The notes below the pieces were generated by a model. That model saw only the letters and a program-made list of their open reading frames with translations. It was not told where the DNA came from and ran no database searches. Below are positions 14,000 to 28,000 of a stretch of DNA of 64,000 nt, one piece after another. The stretch is from Selaginella moellendorffii (lineage: Eukaryota; Plantae; Lycopodiophyta): contig NW_003314283.1 of the NCBI RefSeq assembly GCF_000143415.4, positions 258,752 to 322,751 on the forward strand. Reading direction: 5' to 3'. A program made the translations under genes and the position numbers. The stretch's first letter is position 1; each line of letters begins with the position of its first letter.

Positions 14000-16900
14000 T
14001 TTAAGGATAGAAGCACATAAACCACAGACCATAGAATATTCTTAAAATATTCTTATGGTTCGTGTCAAGTTTTCTCATGAGGCTGTAATGCCTTAAAGGT
14101 TGGGAGGTTGGCTTAAAGTTCACTCTCTTGTTCATTTCATTCGTATCAGAGAAACATGTTCTTTTAGGGATGGCAAATGAGTAAAATGTTGATCTTGATG
14201 AGGAGTATGGCATTAGTGATATGGCCATAACAATGAGGAAGAAGCTCTTGATGATGTTGTTGTGCAGCAAGGATGTTAGATTTCTGAGGTTTAAAATGAC
14301 ATTAAGGAGGTTAAGGATTTCTTACTTTGCATGGACCCTCAAGAGTTGAATCAATCTTATATCTGTGATTACCATTAGCATGTCAATCATACCAAAGATT
14401 ATGGTATTGTGGAATGGAAGTCATCACCAAATGTTTGTGATAGTCAAGAGGTTGATTCTTGGTTGGAATTGTGGGAAAGTTGTTGGTCTTACAATCCTTG
14501 TGAGGATAAAGTGAAAATTGATTTTTTTGTGACAAAGTTTACAAATCATGTTTCTTCATGGTGGAAGAATTACATTAAAGTTAATTAGAAGCCAGCTTCT
14601 TGGAATGATTTGACGAAATTTTTTGTGTTTCATTTGTCAAGAAGTTTGAAGAGGTTAATCTCTTGAACCAGCTGTTAAAGATTCAATAGACTTTATCTTT
14701 GGATATGTATGCTTACAAATTTTATAATCTTTGCCTTGGTCTCATAAGCACTTATAATAAGCTACTAAAGGTGCAATGTTTCTTCAAAGGTTTAAACTCA
14801 GTAGATGTATAGTAGAAGGTCAAGAAGGATTTTCCAGCAATATTGACTAATGCTATCACTAAGGCTTAAATCTTTTTCACCTAAACTGTCAGTCAACTCT
14901 GGTCAACGAGATGGTTTACAAGGTAATCAACATAATGACCAACTCACCAATGCTTCATATTCAAGGAAGAAACAACCATTATCTATCGTGGCTCAAAGAG
15001 TGGCACTGAGGCTAAGAAGCTTTGTTCAAACCAATGGGAGAAAGATAAGGCAAAGGGCAATTATTTTCATTGCCTTAGGGTTGGACATCAAGGCAAAGAT
15101 TGTCTTGAAAGGGTCAATGAATTCTAAAGGTGAATGTGGTGGGATCCATTGTGGATATAGTTCAAGTATTTCTTGTGGTGGATCTTTCACATGGAGCCTC
15201 TTATGGTCAAAACAAATGCAAGTGATATTGCTATTGAAACCGTATTGCCTTAAGTTAGGCATCCTCTTGCGTACATGAGCCATAAGTTTGATGTTACACA
15301 GCATAATTAACCTATTCAAGATAAGGAATTATATGTTGTGATCACCACTGTGAAGGAATGGTGACATTATTTATATGGATCAAACTTCTATGTGGATTTA
15401 GACCATCAATCTCTCTAGTATTTTAGTCGACAAACAAATCTTCGAGTTTGCTTTGCTTGTTGGCAAAAGTTTTTATAGAAAATGTTTATTAATATCCAAT
15501 ACAAACATGGAGGTAACAATAAGATGGTTGATGCATTATCCAAGATGGTAAATTATATTTCATTTATAAAGCTATTCGGCAATCTTTTGGATGAGTTTAA
15601 GGAGTTTGTTGACTTTGACTCCTTTATCATTAATATTCGCATGAAGGTTTTGTTGAGGGATGCTTTTACAGATTTGAAGGGTGAAAAGTTTATGTCATTC
15701 GAGATACAAAATGGAATCTTAGTGAAGAAGGGACATGTGGTGGTTTTGTGTTGACAAATTTATCAAATAAATTTTAGTTAAATGTCATGATGTGCCAAAT
15801 ACTGGGCATTTAGGGGTATTAAGAACATATATGTTAGTGAAAAAGCATGTTCATCAAAAACTCACTAACCTTTATCATCCTTTATGTGTACTTGAAAATA
15901 AATGGGATAACATCACTAATTTGCCCAAGATTTTTCAAGGAATTGATGCTATTTGGGTTGTTGTGAATCGTTTAACGAAGATGGCTCACTTCTTTCTCAT
16001 GAAGACGACAATAAAAACTTTTAAACTTGCTTAGTTGTTTGTAGACTAGTTTGCCCGGTGATATTGTGAGTGATCAAGATCCCAAATTCACATCCAAGTT
16101 TTGGCAAATAATCATTGAGAAGCAAGCTGAGTATAAGTAATGGTGAGCATCCACAATCAAATAGGTAAACAAAGTGCATGAATCAGCTGTTGGAAGATAT
16201 ATTAAAGTCTTTTGTGTGTGATTTGACTTAACAGGGAGTATGGGAGAAGTACTTGCCTTTGCTTTAATTTGCTCACAATAGTGTTTATCAATTGGCTATT
16301 GGCATATTTCTATTTATGGCGATATATGGTTATGAGCTTAGGTCTCCCATAAGTTTAGGTTTGACTTTGGTTTGGGTATCTTATGCTTGTGATTTCCTAG
16401 AGGATATGCAAGACAAGTTTGAGTTGGCAAAGTTAAACATGAGGCAAACTCAAGATTAAGACAAAAGATTAGTTGATGAGTATTATTATTATCAAAAGTA
16501 CAAAGTTGGTGATAAAGTTTTCTTTAAGCTGTGAAATGCATAACAGTTTCTAAAAGGAGGTGGTAGTGCTAAGTTGTCTCCACAGTATTGTGGGCTTTGA
16601 ACAAACATGTGGGAAATATTGCATACACTTTGGACTTGCCAATTAGTTCAAAAATTCATCTAATATTTCATGTGAGCATGCTTAAAGCATGTTTCCACTC
16701 TAGTGATGTCGTGGATCAATCCATCATCTATGTCTTAAAGATTGATACTGAGAAAGTTGGGCCAACCAATATTCTTGCTCAAAGATTGGTGAAAACACAC
16801 TAAAAAACAATTAAAAAATTGTTAGTTCAATGGAATGATTATTCTATATATAAAGAGAGTGTTTCTAAGTTTTGGTTATGATTTAGATGACATTCTTGAG

Positions 16901-17212
16901 AAAGGGGAAAATTAAGTTTTATAGCCATATTGCTATATTGTTTAAGTCATTCATATTTTCCATGACTGTATTGTCATGTAAAAAAGCCATATTACTTTTT
17001 TTATTTTATGGTTATTTGTCGCAATGTTAGTGTTCCTGTTTGCACTTTTTCTCCATGGGTATATTACCTTGGACTCCCTTCATATAAGGCTTGCTTAACT
17101 TCTCAATGCTACTATACATGGGTGAGTCACGAGAGAGGGGAGAATGACACAAACTACAGGAACATTCCAAGAATATTCTATGGTCTGTGGGTTCACTCTC
17201 TTGTTCGTTTCA
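14000..17212 (+). mobile_element. Decayed Ty3/gypsy (chromovirus-type) LTR retrotransposon with internal deletion
   Basis: PBS-like TCGTATCAGAG at 14141. RNase H remnants (QDKELYVV..W.HYLYG, DHQSL, NKMVDALS), integrase (CHD..GHLG..RTY, IWVVVNRLTKMAHF, IVSDQDPKFTSKFW, IHLIFHVSMLK), chromodomain-like LVQW, and a PPT at ~16898. The LTR end GTTCACTCTCTTGTTCrTTTCA occurs at both 14118-14139 and 17191-17212. Confidence 0.9.
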
Positions 17213-17345
17213 AAACTTATCAGCATCTATGAGATGCCTTTTTTTGTCTGCACAATTTTCACAACCATTCAAAATCTAAAGATTAGTATATTTCCTATAG
17301 TTGTTTTGTCAACCATGCAGGGTCACACTTACATACAGATATTCG

Positions 17346-19236
17346 TTACTCAGCACGGCTTTGTATCGACAATAGCATCCATGCTGCGATTTCCTCCACC
17401 AAGTTTTCGATATCTTCCAGAAGCTGCTGGCGAAGCCGCTGAGACGCTGGATCAGATCCAAAAGTCTGCCCAACCTCTTTGGCCACCCCTTCGAAAAGAG
17501 TGCCCACTGCTAGCGATGCTAGCAAATCGCTCCCTCGCGTCACAGCGTCAGCCATCACGCCAGGAACCTCGGGGAATACCTGTTAAACTATCAGAAACTT
17601 TGCAAGAACTGGAGTGTTTTCTTAGAGAGAAGTATCACCTGCTGGAGAGGCCTGGCGTGATCTCCAGATAACGTCCTCACTGACAAGTCGAGGTTCATGC
17701 TCACAGCAGAGCTCGAGCTCAAGATCTTGGCCAGCTCTGGAGTTTCGTCGATCACATCGTCCTTGAAACGCACCAGTAGATTACGTCTGATGCCATAGTA
17801 GGATCTTATCTGGACAATTGACACAAACATTAGCTCAAGCGTTTCAGCAAAAGCACGAGAAACACACACACACACACACACACACAAAATAAAAAAAGAG
17901 TTTTGTACCAATCTAGTTGCATCTTCTACGGTTGGAGTGAAGTCTTCTTTACCGTTTGCCAGCTCCATGTACAAGGAGGGAAGCTGCTCGACAAGAGGAA
18001 GGATCTGCTTCACGAGTGGCGGACTGAGAGTTTCGAGTTGCCTCTTTGCCATTTCTGCCTATGAGAAGCAAATGCTTAAAAACACAGCGATTGCATGAAA
18101 TGTAGAACGGTTACCCCGAAGCGAACAGTGGGAGAGTTGCTGATTTGTGTGAGGAGGGGCCCGAGGTTTTGAGCCATTGGAACTGCAACCGGTGAGAACA
18201 AAGGAATTGCTTGCTTGGCCCCCTGAACAGTGCTGGGATGTTAATTATGCTTTTGAAACGAGAAGAATACACACCTTGTTGTTGAAAGACATCAGAACGT
18301 TGCCTGCCCGTTCCACTGCATAACGGGCTCCTGTGACATAGACCAGAGTGAACACAGAACCTTCAAGAGGGTCGGGTCGATGGAATACAACCAATAAGAA
18401 GATGTACCAGTGCTCCTAGAGAATGCCCGACACCAAAGCTAGGCAGTGATTCCAACTGATAACACAAACAAGCAGCTTGTAAGATGCGTTACACTAAAAA
18501 GAACCAAACTTACAGATTGCTCTTTCAAGGCTCTTATGCAGCGATCAAACTTAAACTGCGTCTCGTCAGCGATCTTCAAGTGGTCGAAGCCACTCGCGAA
18601 TGGCGTTGCTATGATCAAGAATCCTCTGCATGGAAAAGAAAAATGTGGAGAGTTAAATCAATACGAAAATCTCACCTCTCTGCAAGGCGTTCCAGAAACA
18701 AGCGATACGTGATCTGTGGAGCAGCTCCAACGAAAACACCACCCACAAAATGGACAACTCCAACAGGATCTCCTTTGCTCGGTCTTAGAATCCATGCTCC
18801 CTGGAGAAGGAAAACAAAATCACCAGTGCTCTCTCCGCGAAAGAAAAAAACACAGATAGAGCTTACTTGGATTTCTTGCCAGCGTCCAAGAGTTCCTTGT
18901 GCTTTCATCGCAGAGTCCACAAAAACCCTGGAAAGAAAGAAGAACAAGCATGAAAACGAGGCAATTCATCGAAATTCTTTCACCAGCATACTTCTCGATC
19001 TGTCCATAGAGCTGGAGGCTATCATTCTTTCCTTGCGGCTCCGAATTGCTAGAGAATGTAACCACGAGACGTCTTCCAGATCTTCCCCTGGAACTCGAGA
19101 AGCTAGAAAACCTGGGATTGTCTCGTCGCCGGCGCCATGACGCTGCCACGGTCGCGAATCCAGTGCCCGCCCTGGCAGAAGAAGCCGCACAGTGATCTCC
19201 TCCAGCGGGAAGGGTCGACAGTAGCGCCTCGCCCAT
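17346..19236 (-). CDS. DUF1350 family protein (plastid-targeted alpha/beta-hydrolase-like), multi-exon
   Basis: VVHFVGGVFVGAAPQITYRLFLERLAER, GHSLG, NVLMSFNN, YYGIRRNLLVRFKDDVIDET and GDHARPLQQ, with a Ser/Arg-rich transit-like N-terminus from the ATG at 19236. Confidence 0.9.
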
Positions 19237-19417
19237 CCTGACTCTTTCAAACACCAACAACCCTCGAAATATTTCCATCCACCATTCTTTACCCTAGCGA
19301 GACGATCGATCGATCGATGCGATCTTGGAGCGCTGGAGGAGCGGAGCTAGCTCGTCTAGATCGGCCGCGCATTGCTGGATCCAGAGAGGTGAACGCATTC
19401 TTCCTAGGGTTTTGGAG

Positions 19418-20020
19418 ATGAGAAAGCGATCGATGCAACAATCGAACGAAGTGGAGGAGGAAGAGAAGTGGCGTCGTGGACTATAGCTCGCTCACTCCAT
19501 CCGCTGCTAGGCCTAGAATCTAGCGCCAGGTAGAAGAAGCCGCCGCCGACGATCACACCCAGGCTCTACCAGGTTCGCCTCCAAGATCAGCTCCACGAAT
19601 TCCTGGACGAGATTATCCGCGCGGAGGAGGAGCCAGATCGTCCAGTGGCTGCTCCATCCCAGGAAGAAGACGATGGATTCCATGATGGTAGAGAGAGTCC
19701 GGGATGGATCTCTAGAGCACAGGGGTAGCAGAGCTGTCATCTCTTTGGGAAAGATAACGATGATAGAGAGAGTCAGGGATGGATCTCTAGAGCACAGGGC
19801 TAGCAGCAAGCGCTACATTCACAGTACAAGGGGGTGGTTTTCTAGTGGCAAGAACTCGTTAGAGAATATAGTGATCGTTGCTGAGAATGTGAGAGTAGAG
19901 GCTAAGAAGAAGGCTCTGGCGACATGGAAGGATAGAATTTCTAGAAAGGAATCGCTAGAGAGAACTCGAGGGTGGCGGCACTGAAACAAGTCAGGGGTGA
20001 GAAGTGGATTTGCTAGCTCA
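19418..20020 (+). pseudogene. Frameshifted inverted duplicate of the 9607-10194 gene
   Basis: Reverse-complement homology to 9607-10194 with small deletions, an internal duplication of ERVRDGSLEHR, and frameshifts. Confidence 0.85.
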
Positions 20021-20251
20021 ATTCCACGAAATCGTGCGTTCTCTCTCCTTTTTTTTTCGTTTCTTCTTCATCAGAACGGAAGATCAAGGGGCCTTCTCAA
20101 AGGAGCAGCGATAATGTCAGCTATTGTTTTTCGCTTTTCTTGAAAACGCTGGGAGAAACTAAGCGTTGCTAGTTTAATTCTTTCGTATTCCTTGTGCTAA
20201 ACAGGTTCACAATGCAAACTTACAGGTTCTCGATACGAACTTTCAGATTTT

Positions 20252-22864
20252 TTATACATTAGCTTTGAGAACCCAGACCGAATCAGTCAACCACTCTTTT
20301 AGATACAAAGACACGTTATTGCCACCAATCACTCCACATAATGGCTGTATGGTCCCCTCAACTTTTTGCTGTTTCTGTGGCGCACCACTAGGGCGTTGAC
20401 TGGTAAAATAGTTGAAACCAAACTGTTCTAGATCCTGCTCCGTATGAGGCAAAACTGCCAGTCGCAGCAGTCCATTCTCTGAAGCAAGATTTATAAGCCT
20501 GTTTAAACCTTCATCTTCTTTTGTCCTACAATTCATCAAATCGAGAGCACTTGAAATTTCACCTTGAGGAGTTGTATCAGTCCTGGATTTCATCTGTAAC
20601 AAGCAAGGCATGAGCTGCCGCTTCGACTCATAATCATTGGTGAGAAAAAATAATGCGTCGGGACGAAAGCCATCCCAGCCACCATCACCAGTCCAGAGAA
20701 CCGTTGGAAATGAGTCAGCCTGCCCTTCAACGTCGTTGAGATACTTCTCAAGTGTATAGCAGTCGGCACCATGGGTGTGACTTTTACCGCACATCTTTGT
20801 CACAACTTCTGTTTCAACGCGTGCTTTCACCACCTTTGCCTTCTCAAAATATATTGCGGGAACTTGAAAAGTGCTGTTCTGCAGTTCCACACTGCGATTC
20901 CGAAGAAAGCAAGAAACAAAGTCTACAGGAGCCTTTCCGTCCAATGCGTCAGCCACCATAATCCCCGCCAGCCTATCAAACTCAAGACCCACTGTCACAA
21001 GCTGCTGCTGACAAAACTCATCAAAGCCTGTTGGCTGCCGATTACGAAAGTAATGGAAAAGAGCTCGGAAGACAGCAGGTTCCTGAAGTTTGATCCAACT
21101 GTCTTTATCCTGCTTTGCAAAGAACTTATCCAAGTCCTCCAACGCAACACTGTTTCCATTGCTTAGCCAGGCTAACCCAAACTCCACAAGGCTCAGAGAT
21201 GGATTGTTGATGTTGAGTATAGTGGATATGGACCCAAACATCTGGTGATACACTATCACCTCTAGCTCCTTGAGCGCTGCAGCATTCCGAGTCCTTTCAA
21301 AAAACAGCTCCACATCCCTCAGAACCGTCTCATCCATGTAGACTTCCAATCCTGATGTGTTTGGTACACCTCCCAGAGAACGACTGATTGTACTTGAGGT
21401 GCATATCTTCTCAAAAAAGGCAATCAGAAATTCTGTTGCCTGCTCCAAGGGACGCTTACTCCCAATGAAATACTCAAGAGCTGTGACAAAGAACCTGTAC
21501 CTCCCTTTGTACAAATCACAGACCCTCTGCATATCAATACCATCCACACTTTGGAGCAGTTTGCCAGCATAGAGCTTGAAGTCCTCAACAGTGATGAATC
21601 CACCAAATCCATGAAAGACAACAACAGAAGCTTTCCCCTTCAGAGTGGCAGAGATATCCCGTGCCACGGTAAGCATACTAGACCCGCTGCCTGCATAGTA
21701 GAATTGTCGAAATCCACTATTTATCAGCGCAGGCACGAGAATATCTAGGAACGATCTCATACCACTTCCAAGAGTTACCGAAGAAAATCGCTTTTCCAAC
21801 CAGCGGTTTATCATCTTGCACTCGTCAAATATGATTGGACTATTCCACTTCCCTATTAAACGATCCCTCCCTATTAAACGATCGAGTACCTCCTGGAACT
21901 GACCTTCAATGGGTTTCAAATCGTCTTTAGTCCGTATAAGGTCTAAAAGTCTACCAGTGAGCGCCTTGAACGGATCTTTGAAGTTGTACAAGTACTCGAG
22001 CGAAGGCAATGCAACCTGCTTGAAGAGCCATGCTTGACCTGTCAAATAGCCCGTTTTCTCCACCTGCCCCAGCAAATAAAACCTGCTAATCAGCAAAGCT
22101 TTGAGACAGATTGTAGCACTAACTTCTGGAATGTCTCCAGTTGGATACAGCTCCAGCAACTTTAATGCCACTAACTTGAGATCTCCTGAACCTTCAGCTC
22201 CAATACCAGTGTCAGAGACCCCCACAAAGAAGAGCCCACGCTGCGCTACAGCGATCTCATACAATGTCCTGGTCTTCCCTGATCCCGACACGTTGAAGAG
22301 AACGGTAAGGGTCGGCAGCGCTTTGGAAGTTCCCTCTATGATACGCTTGGATGCTTCGAAAGGCTGGTCTAGTGCATGCCACAAGAGGCGGGGGCATTCA
22401 TCTGTAGGATCTTTTGGCAGTGGGACTTTACACGTTGGGAAATTCGCCAGAAACGCATCCGCCTTGGGATATTCAAGATTTGGCTTGCGCAACTCATGCC
22501 AAAACCTATCCAAGAGACTTTCTATATGTGCCACAGTCCCAACTGCTTTGACTGATTCTGCAAGAAAAAACAACGCAAGTCAAAATTTGCAAGAGACACC
22601 CAAAAACGGACCAAGAGATCTAAAAAGGAAAGACAAAACAATGAAAGCCTACATCCACAAAGGCTTACTCTTGGACTTCAGTAAGAGATCGCACAGCTGC
22701 TGCTCCTTCTTGCGCAGCTGCGCCTTGTCGTGGACCAGCTGCTCCTCCTCCTCGGGATCACTTGGTTGCTTGAGTTTCCCCTCAATAATTTGGCCCTCAA
22801 CCACAGCAATTTGCTGTTGAACTTCCTGAAATTCCCTTGACAAGCCATAAACCGGATCATCCAT
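20252..22864 (-). CDS. Crinkler/RHS (CR)-like protein: coiled-coil header + P-loop NTPase + PD-(D/E)xK-type nuclease; exons 22864-22669 and 22557-20252
   Basis: Walker A LFNVSGSGKTR, Walker B PIIFDEC, C-terminal GLEFD...FRPDALFF...LLQMK. Exon 1 encodes the helix QLRKKEQQL and splices in frame through a GT-AG intron. Confidence 0.7.
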
Positions 22865-25737
22865 CAGCTGCCTGGAAACAACAAATGAAAAACCTTAATA
22901 CCTTTTATCTTATCCTTTTAAAAAAGTTTATCTTTTATGTTTTATAAAAAAATACATTTAAGTGTTCAGGATATAAGAATAGATATATTAATTGGGGTTT
23001 AGACCCCTGCTTATTGGATGAATTAAATTCAATCCCAAATAAATTTTATATATATATATATAAAAAAAAAATTAGTGTATGTGATTAATGTATTTACATG
23101 TTGTGTAAGAGCTTAAAATACATTTAAAAAAACCTAGTTTATATATAAAAGTGAGTGATTCATATTGAATCCAATCTGATAACTATCAAAATATTACATT
23201 GTAACTAATGATTTGGACCTTAGATCATTCTAAATGATGGAAGGCATTTAAGGTTTATTAATCAATAGGCTAATATATGAAGGAACATTAAGTGGAACTG
23301 CCATTGAATCTGCAAGTAGTGTAATTTGTTCTTGATCCTTTGTATGAAACACAATTGCTGTATATTAAACTAAATGTTATAATAATTTACTGTAATGTTT
23401 AATACAATTCCTTTTACTGAGCACAAAGCCCAACGAACCCTTTAGGGAAACTCTGCTTAAAATTATAGAAGAATATTTATCAAATACTTATCCCATGACC
23501 TAGTATCAATAGCTTAAAGTTATACTCAACTCCACTATATATGAGTTTATAGAGTTTATATAGTGTACCAATGGGATGCTATGACATATGTATTGGAGGT
23601 TTAAATGCTCCATAATTTGCCACATAATACACATTTAGAAGAGTACCTCAATGACATGAATACAACATTTCCTCATAGTTTATTGTGGTTTACATTTTGG
23701 ATCACACTATTATTTTGAGTAAGAACCAGTTAACAATCCAATTAATTTTCAATTTAAACCAACTTGTAAACCTATTCTTAATAATTAATATACTAAACCT
23801 ATAAATATATTTTTCTTATTAATCCAATTGAACAAATAAAGTTTATAATTATAAGCATGTTTGTAATTTGTAAATACAAGATTAATCTTATTTCATATCA
23901 ACCACTAGATGATAGAATAAAAAATAATATACTAAAAAGGGTTTAAGAAAGTTTATAAATTATAAATTTAAGATTAATTTAAATGAATAATAACCGTTAG
24001 ATGGTAGAATATCCTAGAATATTCAAGAATATTTTAGGTATATTCACTACCATCCTAGTCCTCCTATAAGTTTACTTAAGCAAACAAAAATAAATAAACC
24101 ATACTCTAAATATTTAAAAACCACTATCAATATGGTTTTATAAAAAGGATTAAAACACAACTAGAAACCATATATTAAATGAAATTTGAATCAAGTCAAT
24201 TAACTGATTAAAAAAGTAAATATTAAACTTGAGAAAAAACTATTTTGAGAAATAAAGTATGTTATAAATATGTTTCATATAATTTGGTATTGAACTAATT
24301 TAATCCCAGTAAAATAATGCAAAAAATCTTTTAGTTATATTATGATTTCTTTAGAGCTTAAGGTTTTATAACCATACAAGGGAAGAATGTGGAGACTCTC
24401 ACCCAGATTTTATAAAGTGTGATCTTGAACCGTAATTAAAATCTATTTATGCTTCAATAAATGGCATATTTAATGAATTTAAAACATTTAAAACTTCTTT
24501 TGAAACTATAGTGCATGTGATGAATTACCACAAGTTAACTATGGAGCATCCTTGTGCTAAAAGTAATGAAGTGGGATTTGAGTTTCAGGGTTTTAAACCA
24601 TTGAAAAAATGTTGTAAATATGATTGTAGGTATCAAAAATTATCTATTGGTGAGTCTTTTCAAATATTCTTCTTTTACTACTATAATGGTAGAAAATCAA
24701 TATTGTTGCACCTTTTATCAATTTCCACCTAAGTTAATTAAGAAATTGATCATCACATATGCACTTAGACAAGAAAAAACTAAAGAAGGAAGTTTTAATT
24801 TGTCATTTAGTTAAGCATATTTGATATAATGATGAAAAACTTATGTTGTTGGTTTGCAATTATTAGTGTTAAAAACCCCCATGATATTGAGATAATAATT
24901 TATCGTATTCACTAAAAAACCCTTGGTATCATGCTTTATATGTGTCTTATTTCCATATGCTATTTATGATAAGTGCCTAAATCTACTCAAAAGGCATGTC
25001 TATAAAATGTAGAGAGTGTCTTGAACACTATAATGTTGTTTTTGTGTCATGATTTACAATTAACACCATTTCATATTTAGTAAATTTTCAAGTTTCTCAT
25101 TCCATATTTAATAACCAATTTGCCAATTTACCTCATCCTACTTGGATTTAACTATTCACTACCAAGGGATCAGCTCGGCAGTATGAGACATTTCAGTTGC
25201 GCAGAGAACATGATGCGGATGGATTAATTAACTATCAACTAAAAATGAAATGTTACCCATCTATTTATAAATTCCTAAATTCTCTTAAGGTGTAATTGCA
25301 CTCACCAAAACTTTATATTCCTAATATCCTTTGGTAAATAAGATTTGATCATAAAACCCTCTAAATCTCAAATTTTTGATGTTTTTACTTCAACATCCTA
25401 AGGGGAAACATTGTGGCCTAACAACCCAATATAAATACCCTTACTCCCTTATTTCCATCTTGAAAAAAAAGCCCAAGCCCCTAGGAAAGAGCAAGGACTA
25501 ATGAATTGTATAATACTCAAGTGGGAGCACCACTCCACATGAGTCAGAAACATTATAGTTGATTTCCTTTCTGAGAGTGGAAGTTGCTTTTAAACATTTC
25601 TTTGAGGAGCCTTTTTAACACCCCTTAAGTTTATATTCAGTCTCACCCAAGGGTACTAACCCTCAATCTTAATCATAACTCGGTTAAGAAGCACTGCTAA
25701 AGAGTTCTTTCAAAAGTGGGTTTTGAACGTCATTATC

Positions 25738-25975
25738 TTTACTATACTTTTGGAACCCTTTGTAAGTTGCCCCCTTTGGGAAACAATTGCTTAAACTTTC
25801 ACCCCATGGCTTGTATTAATATAGATTTAGTTTTGGACTCAATCTTAAATTTAATTTTGGACTTGATCTCAAACTCAATCTCAGATTCGATCTTAAACTT
25901 GGTCTCGGACCCAATTTCAGATTTTGGTATAAACTCAGCTTTGAACTTAAACTTAGACTCAGTCTCAAATTTGAT
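25738..25975 (+). repeat. Decayed fragment of the LTR family found at 58080-59676 and 62455-64000
   Basis: CTATACTTTTGGAACCC..TTTCACCC..TGTATTA followed by SISD-type short repeats; matches 63405-63700. Confidence 0.7.
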
Positions 25976-26154
25976 ATTATCTAATTGTTGTGATTTCAGG
26001 ATCCTTTAGCCTATAACACCTAAAGGAGTTGGTTATTCACTACTCCACCACCCATAAACAAGTTCAATGCTTACATCAAATATTTTTATTTAATCCCAAT
26101 CCCATGACTTGTTAACCATGTCTCCAAGAGCATCCCCCCACTTATTAGTGCGTG

Positions 26155-28000
26155 ATGGCAGGGATGATGGTGATCGACAGCATCAACATGAATCTCCTCT
26201 TGGCGGAGGCCTCTAATGTCTTCATGCTTCCAGGTATTGCATTGTTGTCACGATCAATCCCATGCATTTGCCACAAGCCCTTACCGAGAGCTCTGTGTCG
26301 GATTTCCTCTCAAAATATCCGTTTCTGGTTCTCTCCAGGTAAGATTTCTGTGTCTTTCTTTGTGGGATCGAATGCAATTGAATTCGTCTACTTGGTTCTA
26401 TTCACCGCAGGAACTCCAGCGCTTGTGAGAGCAATGCTGTCGAGAAGGTCGTTTGGACACAGCATGCTTATCAAAATCCTCGTAAGCTCCCTCCTCGCCT
26501 TCATGCTATGATTTTAATTTTCTCTGTATTTTTTTTTTTTGTGTGTTAGCTTTATGCAAATGCTAGTTTAAACGCGGCATCTCCACAACTTCATGCATGA
26601 TCCATGGTCGTGAGTAGGAACTTATGTTTTCACGTTCGTATTGCTATCTAATCACTGCCCTTGTTTTTCCTCCTTGGATACCTGCCTAAGTGTCTAGAGG
26701 ATGGCGATTCAAGTTCTGTGCAAACAGCAACCGGTATACTAGGTGTGTGAATGACGCTCACGTTTGCTGGATTTGTTGCAGGGAGTCGAGCGTGGCAAAA
26801 GCAGCCATTGAGAAGTTAGCAAAGCCAAGCGCTGGACATGTACGTAGTTCTCGTTATAGCTCTCTAGACATAGATCATCTTTGGTTTCTCCTGATCCGTT
26901 GTTCGTTTTCCTGCAGGTTCAAATCCAAGCATTATCTCTGGCAGCTCGAATCTTCGGACTGTCGGATGTAGCGGCAGCGGCACCGGTTTTGCAGGCCAAC
27001 TATTAAATTCTGGCCCAACTCGAAATTCTGAGCGAGGTATATCTTCTTTTCTATTGTCAAACACTTGTTGTTTCCTAACGGTATTGGTTGTAGCTTGCTG
27101 AGACACCTACTGGGGCAAGGCTTCTACTTACTGGTACATTCGTTTCTCACTCGTTTTTTTTGGATCTAGTGAGGTCGTTCTCTTCTAATTGTCTCTAATA
27201 CAGTTTAAGCTCACTCAGGAATGCTGAAGTCTGGTACGCCTCTCGGGATGACCATGGAAAATCTCGCGAGACGTTCGGAAGATGGGACAGGGATGCAAAG
27301 GACAATGCACTAGATGCGCTTGGTCAGCGTAAGTCGTTTCTAGTGTCTGTTGTTTGGATTTGACTACTCTTTTGTCTCTCTTTTATTTTTATCCTTTTTA
27401 AGTCCTGCTGCTTCGCCGTGTGAGGCCACCGGCACCTGATGTTGTCTATTCGGCTTTTAATTAGAGCTGGTAGGCTGTTAAATTTTCTTTTTCTGTTGCA
27501 AAAACGCTCTCCTGCAGGCTGCTGTTCATGCGTTAGTCGCAGCATTGAGATGTTCTCCTGGATGAACAAGCTGAAAACGTTCTGCGCGATCTCATATCCA
27601 TGTATCTCCACAGACGACGCTTAAGGTAAGTCGTGAGTTGCTTCAAGCTGTTAGTGCGAGACCATCAACTAACCTTTCGAAAAGCATTTACTTCAAAGAA
27701 TGTTATTGCAGGTGTATAGGCTCCTCAATTGTCGTACTGGCTTCTGCTGGAAGTCAGCTCCAACGATGGCTTGGTCGAGTTCATCGACGAGAAAGGTAAT
27801 TGCTCTCTCTGTCTCTCTATGGGATTCAATACACACAGGTGAGGCACGCTTGGTGTGCTCTGGCCACCGGATTGAGGCAGCCATCCTGCTAGTGCGTGGC
27901 GATACACAGGAAAAGGTTTACTTTTTGTTGTCAATTGACCCTTTCTCTTCTTTCTCAGCTCGCAGGTGTTAGGACCACATCCAAGCAAGAGACGTTTTAA
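26155..28000 (+). pseudogene. Pseudogenised inverted duplicate of PSMD5, introns retained
   Basis: Exon-by-exon similarity to 34652-37107 (MMVIDSINMNLLLAEASN vs MMAIDSVDTNLLLVEASN; ..KRRF*), with many deletions and frameshifts. Confidence 0.85.
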
